NCBI GenBank assembly: GCA_048881705.1
Contig: JBHLSH010000087.1
Location: 1-15,057, forward strand
DNA from: Candidatus Heimdallarchaeota archaeon
GTDB lineage: Archaea; Asgardarchaeota; Heimdallarchaeia; Hodarchaeales; Hodarchaeaceae
Direction of reading: 5' to 3'
DNA length: 15,057 bases
The notes beneath the pieces are model-generated. The model saw nothing but the letters and a program-made list of their open reading frames with translations. It ran no database searches and was not told where the DNA came from. Of this stretch, positions 1 through 7,052 are shown one piece after another (positions within the stretch are counted from its first letter, which is position 1; every line of letters begins with the position of its first letter). Made by a program: the position numbers and the translations under genes.

Positions 1-904
1 GAGTATAGTCATCACGCTTTGACAGGAGAACGATGGGACGTCGGGGTGAATTTAATAAGTTAACTATATTTTCACTAGGAATTTGGGCAAATTCGTTGAT
101 TTGATCAATGGATAGGCTCATCAAAGCAAAAGGCTTTCGTTTACGATCACCTTTTCTTAGTCTGAGTTCTTCAATTGTATCGAGATCATCTGCTCTACAG
201 GCAAGATGGGTTCCCCCAATACCCTTGATAGCGAGAATATTACCCTCTAGTAGAAGTTTTTGGCTATTCGTGATGACTCTTGATTCTATTGTTTCTAATG
301 TTATTCCAGTTCTATCTGAAAGATAATATTGGGGTCCACATATCCGACAGCAAGTGGTTTGGGCATGAAATCGTCGGTCAGTTGGATCCGTGTATTCCAT
401 CATACATTTAGAACATAGAGGAAAGGCATCCATTGTGGTTTGAGGACGATCGTAAGGGATCCCCTTGATAACAGAAAATCGTGGGCCGCAGTCAACACAT
501 GAGGTGAAAGAGTAGTGCTTCCTTTCTGCTCTGTCACCCGTCAGCATATCCTCTAGACATTGGTTACATATAGAAATATCTGGAGGAATATAACTTGGTG
601 AGAGAATCTTCGATTCCAGTTTGCTCTTTATTATGCTAAAGGTATTATAAGTTGGCGATGAATGGATGACAGTCTTTATTATCTTTTCAATTACAGCCAA
701 TGGAGGTTTTTTTAATTGGAGATTGAGGCTGAATGATTTTAACTTTCTTTTAGGGCCCTGGATTATTATTCTCACGAAGTTACCCTTATTTTGTACTTCT
801 CCCTTAACCTGTTCCTCCTGGGCTAGCCGATAGACGAACGGTCGAAAACCAACCCCTTGGATGCTTCCTTCGATCCTCAACTCCCAGGTATTATGTTGGG
901 ACAT
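1..904 (-). CDS. hypF: Carbamoyltransferase HypF, 5' part (runs off the left edge)
   Basis: Manual translation, not in the ORF track because no stop lies in the window. Open frame from ATG 904 to base 2: MSQHNTWELRIEGSIQGVGFRPFVYRLA (acylphosphatase domain), two CxxC..CxxC zinc fingers (CNQC/CVDCGPR, CSKC/CRICGP), RRFHAQ, AIKGIGGTHLAC, RKPFALM. Alternative in-frame starts are ATG 922 and GTG 943. Confidence 0.97.
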   Translation of the reverse strand, partial: MSQHNTWELRIEGSIQGVGFRPFVYRLAQEEQVKGEVQNKGNFVRIIIQGPKRKLKSFSLNLQLKKPPLAVIEKIIKTVIHSSPTYNTFSIIKSKLESKILSPSYIPPDISICNQCLEDMLTGDRAERKHYSFTSCVDCGPRFSVIKGIPYDRPQTTMDAFPLCSKCMMEYTDPTDRRFHAQTTCCRICGPQYYLSDRTGITLETIESRVITNSQKLLLEGNILAIKGIGGTHLACRADDLDTIEELRLRKGDRKRKPFALMSLSIDQINEFAQIPSENIVNLLNSPRRPIVLLSKRDDYT

Positions 905-957
905 ACAGCAAGCACCAAACATAGGGATTCTTAGTGTCTTCACTTGATTGGTTTAGC

Positions 958-1018
958 TTAGTGAGACCTTAAAAAGAAAATCCTTAAAGCGGATTCATAA
1001 ATCCGTTTAGTCAGACCT
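958..1018. promoter_or_regulatory. Candidate operator elements in the divergent hypF/hypC intergenic region
   Basis: Direct repeat TTAGTGAGACCT (958-969) / TTAGTCAGACCT (1007-1018), plus inverted repeat AAGCGGATT-CATA-AATCCGTTT (987-1008, one mismatch). Confidence 0.4.
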
Positions 1019-1064
1019 ATAGCGATTCAAAAATATTAAATCAGCTTAAAAGAAGGTAATCGTA

Positions 1065-1304
1065 TTGTGTCTGGCGATACCTGGAAGGATATTGCAGATC
1101 AGAGAAAATGGGATTGCGTTAGTAGATTTTTTGGGCGTAAAACGCGAAGCCAATGTTTCCCTCATCGAAAATGCCCAGCTCGATGATTATGTTATAGTTC
1201 ACGCCGGATTTGCTATTCAAAAAATAGATCCAAAAGAAGCCTTGGAGAATATCAAGCTTTGGCACGCAATGACAGGTGAAGAACGCACACAAATGGGGTA
1301 TTGA
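1065..1304 (+). CDS. hypC: Hydrogenase maturation chaperone HypC/HupF
   Basis: MCLAIPG N-terminus and DYVIVHAGFAI motif; 79 aa; TTG start preceded by AAGGT (1053-1057). Confidence 0.97.
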   Translation: MCLAIPGRILQIRENGIALVDFLGVKREANVSLIENAQLDDYVIVHAGFAIQKIDPKEALENIKLWHAMTGEERTQMGY

Positions 1305-1308
1305 CTGA

Positions 1309-2439
1309 TTATTCCCCGTAAATTGCATTAATACGACAGGTTCCTTCTAATCCAACCATGCAGGGGCCTATAGGCATTTCTGGGGTGCAATGAGTCAAAT
1401 ACAATGGGCACTCATGAGGGGTTATTACTCCAATAACGACTTTGTGGCACAAACAACCTGGAGGCATTTCTCGCGTTGGTTCCACTTGTACCTGATCCTT
1501 AAAGACACTTCTAGCGTCTAAATGGGCAAATTCAGGACGGAAATCTAATCCTGAATCAGGAAACGTTCCTAATCCTCGCCAAATGGCATCTACAGTTTGA
1601 AAAACCTTATTTATATATTTTTGAGCTAATATGTTCCCCTCATGAGTAACTGCTCTTCCATATGTATTGATAACTTTTGGAATTCCATCTTTCAGCTGTT
1701 TGATAACTGCAGATATACCCTGTAATATATCCAACGGTTCAAAACCTGATATCGCGGAAGCTTTCTGGTATTGGGCAACTAAACTTTCGTAAGCTTTCTC
1801 TCCAATAATCACGCTAACATGGCCAGGCAGAATAAATCCGTCCAGCGCCAGGTCTGAAAGTTCGGCTAATATGTTTAACGCGGGTGGTACAAGTCGGTGT
1901 GATGAAAGAACAAAAAAATTTGACTGAGGTTTATTCATCACCTCTACAGCAGTTCCTGGAACAGTGGTTTCAAACCCAGGTGAAAGAAATACTATATTTT
2001 TCTCTTTATATTTCAAGGCTAACTTGACAGCGTCAGTTACACTGTAAACAATCCTTATGTCTCGCCCGTCTTTACGTTGATGTTCTAAACTTCTGGTACT
2101 ACCAGGTACACGTACCATATCACCGTAAGAGGTAATAATCACATTGGGAACATCTGAAAGGGCTATAGCAAAATCAATATCTTGAACGGGGGATACACAA
2201 ACAGGACACCCGGGGCCAGCTACCATTCGTAGCCTTTCACCTAGTTCCCCTTTCAATAGGTCACGAATTCCATATTTCATCAATGTATCTTCATGGGTGC
2301 CACACACATGCATTATTGTTACGGGATTCTCGGAGGTAATTCCCATCTTGTCCAGATCTTGGCGAATTCGCATTAATACGTCTTTCGTGTAAGTCTGACT
2401 TCGTAAGATCGAGGTTAGCTCTTTCAATGACCTATTCAT
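1309..2439 (-). CDS. hypD: Hydrogenase maturation Fe-S scaffold HypD
   Basis: CGTH, GPGCPVC, GFETT and PGHVS motifs and the C-terminal Cys cluster (CLC..C..C..CMVGLEGTC). Confidence 0.98.
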   Translation of the reverse strand: MNRSLKELTSILRSQTYTKDVLMRIRQDLDKMGITSENPVTIMHVCGTHEDTLMKYGIRDLLKGELGERLRMVAGPGCPVCVSPVQDIDFAIALSDVPNVIITSYGDMVRVPGSTRSLEHQRKDGRDIRIVYSVTDAVKLALKYKEKNIVFLSPGFETTVPGTAVEVMNKPQSNFFVLSSHRLVPPALNILAELSDLALDGFILPGHVSVIIGEKAYESLVAQYQKASAISGFEPLDILQGISAVIKQLKDGIPKVINTYGRAVTHEGNILAQKYINKVFQTVDAIWRGLGTFPDSGLDFRPEFAHLDARSVFKDQVQVEPTREMPPGCLCHKVVIGVITPHECPLYLTHCTPEMPIGPCMVGLEGTCRINAIYGE

Positions 2440-2461
2440 CAGAGTTTACCATCTAATTCAT

Positions 2462-3529
2462 CTAACATACTCGTGGAATCAGTTCTCCCACTGGTTTTTG
2501 GAGCCTTCGTCGTCCGCCGATCTCTGTTTCTAGAAAGACTTTACCCGGAGGCCCTTCTTCGGCGGTTCCGATGATTGAAGCATTTCTCCCTTGTTCATGT
2601 TTTCGTAAACTTGCTAGCATACCTGCAGCCTCGGACGGAGGGACAACTATTATTGCTCGACCTTCAGAAGTGATTTCTAATGGATCTAATCCTAACAATT
2701 CTGCTGCAGATCTCACAGCGGGGTCAATAGGAATTTTCGGTTGTGAAACATTAATGGTCACTCGGGATTTTTGAGCTATCTCATTGAGAGCACTTGCAAG
2801 TCCGCCTCGTGTTGGATCCTTCATTGTGTGAATGGTATATTTGGTTAATAATGGCGCCAGGAGAGGAACCAACGAGGAAACATCTGATTCTAGGTCGGCT
2901 TCAAATTCAATCCCTTCTCGAAAGGACATCAAAGCGACTCCATGGGATCCTACCGGACCCGTAACAATTATTGCATCACCAGGCCTAGTATTAGCATCCA
3001 ACACTGGATGTTGGGTACAGCGTTTGCCCAATCCAGTTGTAACGAACATTATTTGGTCTATTATACCGCGAGGGACTACTTTAGTGTCTCCGGCAATAAT
3101 TGGAACAGAGTCGGCTTTTGATATCTCATCCATTGATCTTAAAACAATGTCTAATGCGCTGAACTCAAATCCCTCCTCTAATACCATGGCAGATGTGATT
3201 GCAATTGGAATGGCACCCATCATCAAAACATCATTCAGAGTTCCACAAATGGAAAGTTTTCCAATATCTCCACCTGGAAAGAATACGGGAGATACTGTGT
3301 GAGCATCAGTACTTATGACTATATCACCATCTTGAAATTCTTGACGGGAAACTACGGCGCCGTCATCAAGTGCTTCAACCCCGATATTTCCTGGGCCCTT
3401 TGAGGTGACCTTCAAACTAATGCGATGACCGATGAATTCCAGAAGTTGATCCATTTTTAATCCCCCAGCCCCATGTGCCAGTTCAACGTATCGTGCTTTA
3501 TTACCCAATGTTAATGCTCCGGGCTTCAT
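2462..3529 (-). CDS. hypE: Carbamoyl dehydratase HypE
   Basis: LAHGAGG, DDGA, STDAHTVSPVFFPGGDIGKL, GDTKVV, DPTRGGLA and EG motifs, ending in the free C-terminal Cys (IPRVC-stop). Confidence 0.98.
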   Translation of the reverse strand: MKPGALTLGNKARYVELAHGAGGLKMDQLLEFIGHRISLKVTSKGPGNIGVEALDDGAVVSRQEFQDGDIVISTDAHTVSPVFFPGGDIGKLSICGTLNDVLMMGAIPIAITSAMVLEEGFEFSALDIVLRSMDEISKADSVPIIAGDTKVVPRGIIDQIMFVTTGLGKRCTQHPVLDANTRPGDAIIVTGPVGSHGVALMSFREGIEFEADLESDVSSLVPLLAPLLTKYTIHTMKDPTRGGLASALNEIAQKSRVTINVSQPKIPIDPAVRSAAELLGLDPLEITSEGRAIIVVPPSEAAGMLASLRKHEQGRNASIIGTAEEGPPGKVFLETEIGGRRRLQKPVGELIPRVC

Positions 3530-3664
3530 TGCTACGACTTTTTATTCTGGTGAATCGCTTCCTTAGGTTCCTAAATCAACCTTACGCTCACAATAGTTGA
3601 CTTCTCGAACTTGAAAAACCTTGGTTTTTATGGTCACTGAGATTCGCAACATGACCAAGAAAAT

Positions 3665-4627
3665 CTAAGGTTTATTGAAAATATCAAATCGTGAGTAGTG
3701 GCCTGAGATATCAAAGTTCATCCTTTCTTGTATAGCTGCCATCGGATCGATACTTGCGTACAGTATTCCTTCCCGGTCTATAAGCGGGCCAGCTACCACA
3801 TTACCGCGCGGATCAACAATCAGTGAACCGCCGTTTTGCCAGCTTTTTGAATGACCAGTCATTATCTCCTTCATTGGAAACTCCGTTTTATCGTCCAAAT
3901 GCGAAAAATCCTTGGGTCTAAGCAGGCCTGAGGAAGATATTACCCATGACCGACCTTCCAAGGCGATAAATCGGGATATATCCTCTGTCAACCCCAAACT
4001 ACCCGGCCATACACCGACATGTAGAAGTTCCCCCTGCAGGTGAAGTCTAGCCCGAGCGAGGGGTAACCAGTTCTCCCAACAGTTCAGGCCTCCAACTTTT
4101 ATAGTCTTTAAATCGTATGTCTTTAGTCCAGTGCCATCTCCATCGGCCCATACCAGTCGCTCTTCATAAGTAGGCTTCATTTTACGGTGTCGTCCCAATA
4201 ACTTTCCTTCGGGACTAATAGCGAGCAAAGTACAAAATATGGAACCTCCTTCCCTTTCTGCAATACCTCCCATCATCATTATCCCCAATTCCTCCGCAAC
4301 TTTTTTCATTTCATTTATGATTGGATCATTCGGAAGCACAAGGCTTTCTTGCCAATATTTGCCATATACTTTCTTCTGTGCGGGGTCATTAAATTTGGCA
4401 CCACCAGAGGGCGATACCCATTGCGGATATCCGGGAATCAAGGTTTCTCCCCAGGTCGCCAATTTTGCGCCTTGCGAACTCGCTTCTCTGATATACTGTT
4501 CTAATTTTTCCCAGGTTGCTTGGGCATCAAGAAAAATCGGGGCGATTTGAATGCTGGCTACGTTGAGCATATGATTCACGATAACCTGTGGATCAATTGA
4601 AAAGAAAAATTTCCACTGGCTTTCCAT
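3665..4627 (-). CDS. Branch-1 nitrilase / cyanide hydratase-like carbon-nitrogen hydrolase
   Basis: Glu-Lys-Cys triad motifs GETLIPGYP, HRKMKPTYEER and LNCWENW, plus GHYSR near the C-terminus. The real start may be ATG 4570 (MLNVASIQ). Confidence 0.93.
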   Translation of the reverse strand: MESQWKFFFSIDPQVIVNHMLNVASIQIAPIFLDAQATWEKLEQYIREASSQGAKLATWGETLIPGYPQWVSPSGGAKFNDPAQKKVYGKYWQESLVLPNDPIINEMKKVAEELGIMMMGGIAEREGGSIFCTLLAISPEGKLLGRHRKMKPTYEERLVWADGDGTGLKTYDLKTIKVGGLNCWENWLPLARARLHLQGELLHVGVWPGSLGLTEDISRFIALEGRSWVISSSGLLRPKDFSHLDDKTEFPMKEIMTGHSKSWQNGGSLIVDPRGNVVAGPLIDREGILYASIDPMAAIQERMNFDISGHYSRFDIFNKP

Positions 4628-4655
4628 ATTGTGTAGTAATAGATACCCCTTTCGG

Positions 4656-5651
4656 TTAATTGTTTAAATCCTGAATCATTTGAGACAATTTGGCGTGAGG
4701 AAGCTTCTCCGAAGCGACTTTTATTTCTTTTAAGATATCAGGACTACCAGACACGAATTTATCATGATATCTGATTGGAAGGGGAAAATTTTCATGAAGT
4801 TCCTTTCTTAGACTCTCTAAACACATGGGAGCGATTCCCACCACCTCAGCCAGAGTTCTTATCTTGTTTAGGATGCCTAGTTCCTTTAAAATCGTTTTCC
4901 ACCTAATATCTCTTAAAAAATGATGATCTAGAATTAGAGAGCGTCCTGAATCAATGATTTTAACGATTCTCTCAAAGGATTCCAAAGATTGTTGAGAAGA
5001 CTGCTTTGGATGATACGTGGAGGGACCATCAAGGATTACCAGGTCAACATCGGTAGAAAGGATGAAATCCAATGCCTTATCACTTGATGGGCCATTAACA
5101 TCAGAGGTAATCAAAACACTCGATGAGGAATCGAATATGGCAGTGGAAATCACCCAGCTTCCAGGAACTGGGCCGTGGGGCAAAGGAGGAGAGAATTTAA
5201 TATACGTCTCTCCAAATTGAAATGCTCTATTATCTGCGGAATAGATGTTAATTTTTGGCAGCTGCCAAAGCCAATGAGCCCTTTTTTTCTGATTATAATT
5301 TATATGAGCGTTGTTGTCCTTGGCTAGAACGACCTTATCCTGATGTGCATATATTTGTGGAAATACAGATTTATCAGTAAACTCAAACGGACGATAAAGT
5401 CGTAGTGTAAAATGATCTCCATGATAATGGCTCTGTATGATTTTCCCCGCATATTTAACAGCATTTAGTATAAGCTGACGAGACAAAAATGCAGCGCTGA
5501 TTTCTTCTAGGTGAGGTGCAAGCCCATATCGTCTTGGACCAAGGGAAACACCCGGATCAAATAGAATTACTTGATCCTCAGTGCGAATGAGTATACAGGT
5601 CGCTCTAGTCCCAAGGGATTCAGCAGCTAAAGGAATTATATCCAAAGGCAA
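4656..5651 (-). CDS. UPF0282-type metallo-beta-lactamase-fold protein
   Basis: IIPLAAESLGTR N-terminus, DPGVSLGPRRYGL, SHYHGDH metal motif, SDVNGP, DGPSTY and DHHFLRD; TTG start. Confidence 0.88.
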   Translation of the reverse strand: MPLDIIPLAAESLGTRATCILIRTEDQVILFDPGVSLGPRRYGLAPHLEEISAAFLSRQLILNAVKYAGKIIQSHYHGDHFTLRLYRPFEFTDKSVFPQIYAHQDKVVLAKDNNAHINYNQKKRAHWLWQLPKINIYSADNRAFQFGETYIKFSPPLPHGPVPGSWVISTAIFDSSSSVLITSDVNGPSSDKALDFILSTDVDLVILDGPSTYHPKQSSQQSLESFERIVKIIDSGRSLILDHHFLRDIRWKTILKELGILNKIRTLAEVVGIAPMCLESLRKELHENFPLPIRYHDKFVSGSPDILKEIKVASEKLPHAKLSQMIQDLNN

Positions 5652-5804
5652 TCCCGAACTTCACTAAATCATGATTTTAAATCAACTCCTGTCCACGCAT
5701 AAAAGGTTATTAAAACCGCAATCAGAAACGAAATATTAGAGAGAGACATCTCCATTCTCAATTTAACTCCTTAGAATAGTAATTTAGTTTAAGCTGGTGA
5801 GATT

Positions 5805-6125
5805 TTGAGAAAAAAATCTGAGATTCTTGCAATATTAGAATTGACAATAGATTCATGCTTTGAGGTCGCGAAAAGTTGGGGGACGATTTCCCCAGAAGAA
5901 AAAGCAATAATTGATAAGTTGGGAGAATGGAAGTTGAAACTAGAACCTCAGGTTATGCAAACTCTTGAGGCGCCGATGGACGATAAGGATTTCTATGACG
6001 TCATGCATCAATTGCTACGACCGGTGATCGATTCAGTGATAGAACAGGCAAAAGCTAATGGAGTAATAACGGCACATGAACAGCGCCTCATTGATACTAT
6101 CGTTGAGAAACTTGATATAGAGTAA
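5805..6125 (+). CDS. Small helical protein with two TerB-like repeats
   Basis: 106-aa ORF with TTG start and GGTGA RBS at 5796-5800; internal repeat AKSWGTISPEE / AKANGVITAHE. Confidence 0.75.
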   Translation: MRKKSEILAILELTIDSCFEVAKSWGTISPEEKAIIDKLGEWKLKLEPQVMQTLEAPMDDKDFYDVMHQLLRPVIDSVIEQAKANGVITAHEQRLIDTIVEKLDIE

Positions 6126-6132
6126 CCTTAGG

Positions 6133-6139
6133 TTTTTTT
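6133..6139 (+). terminator. Oligo-T tract between the TerB-like gene and the flavoprotein gene
   Basis: T7 directly after the palindrome AACCT-T-AGGTT (6124-6134); could give partial termination. Confidence 0.3.
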
Positions 6140-6157
6140 ATGGGAAGCGTCGAATAG

Positions 6158-6964
6158 ATGACAACTACAGTAACAAAACCAATAAAGAAGAAGCCTAGAT
6201 ATATGGTTGATACTGTGGGGATTGTGACGAAGATGATAAGGGAAACGCGCGACACTCAAACTCTACGGATTGCGACCCCCTCGTTACCTGAAGACCAGGC
6301 TCCTTTTAGATTTAATCCAGGACAATTTGTCATGGTTCGTCCCTATATTGAACAACATGACAAAATCATCCCCCGAGCATATTCGATAAGTTCTTCTCCA
6401 ACACGTGCTATGAAAGAGGGAGGATATTTCGATTTAACGGTTCGACAAACCGAAGAACCAACTGTTAGCAAGTGGTTGAATGATCGTAAAGTCGGGGATG
6501 AAATACCGTTTCGAGGCCCCTATGGCAATTTTGTTTGGGAACCGGGCAATCCAGAAAGCGAACAGCTTTTCCTGTTTGGTGGTGGTTCAGGTGTTACTCC
6601 TTTAAAGTGTATTTTGGAGTACATCCATGATAAAGAACTAAAAAACAAAGTAACCCTTTTCTATTCCTGCAGGACGCAGAAAGATATAATCTTCGAAGAA
6701 GAACTTCCTAAACTCGTCCAAGGATCAAAAGATGCCAGGTTAGTCATTACTTTGACTAGAGAAGATGAGAATTCGCCTTGGACTGGTTCTCGAGGGAGAT
6801 TTGGTCTAGAGGATATTAAAAATGAGCTGAATAGAGCAAATTTCGACATTGATAAGTCAACGTTTTATTTATGCGGGACCCCCGCCTTCGTTGCTGGAAT
6901 GATTAAACATATCTGTGATATTGGAGTAAATAAGGCGCGAATAAAGAAAGAAAGGTGGGATTAA
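6158..6964 (+). CDS. FNR-family FAD/NAD(P)-binding oxidoreductase, no Fe-S domain
   Basis: RAYSISS (RxYS flavin motif), VSKWL, GPYG, GGGSGVTP and YLCGTPAFV; ends in KERWD. Confidence 0.92.
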   Translation: MTTTVTKPIKKKPRYMVDTVGIVTKMIRETRDTQTLRIATPSLPEDQAPFRFNPGQFVMVRPYIEQHDKIIPRAYSISSSPTRAMKEGGYFDLTVRQTEEPTVSKWLNDRKVGDEIPFRGPYGNFVWEPGNPESEQLFLFGGGSGVTPLKCILEYIHDKELKNKVTLFYSCRTQKDIIFEEELPKLVQGSKDARLVITLTREDENSPWTGSRGRFGLEDIKNELNRANFDIDKSTFYLCGTPAFVAGMIKHICDIGVNKARIKKERWD

Positions 6965-7002
6965 CTCCAATCGCCAAGGCAAGGACTAGTATTCCCAGTA
7001 AC

Positions 7003-7008
7003 TTTTTT
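7003..7008 (+). terminator. Oligo-T terminator candidate after the flavoprotein gene
   Basis: T6 tract about 40 nt after the stop, in a convergent intergenic gap. Confidence 0.35.
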
Positions 7009-7052
7009 GTCGATGAGTTGCTCCTAATTCATTACGGTTTATTCGGATATCA

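Noticed and set aside
108-326. Short ORFs in the track that overlap real genes (this one, 1119-1328, 2571-2774, 2832-3302, 4239-4550, 5017-5220, 6661-6849, 6986-7171, 7328-7561, 9693-9890, 10876-11322, 11796-12262, 12927-14224)
   Set aside because: They are shadow frames of well-supported genes and carry no family motifs.
3563-3667. TAG (pyrrolysine-type) read-through of the nitrilase: 33 open codons and a stem 7 nt after the stop
   Set aside because: The extension shows no nitrilase similarity. TAG also ends hypE directly after its essential C-terminal Cys, so TAG acts as a true stop in this genome.
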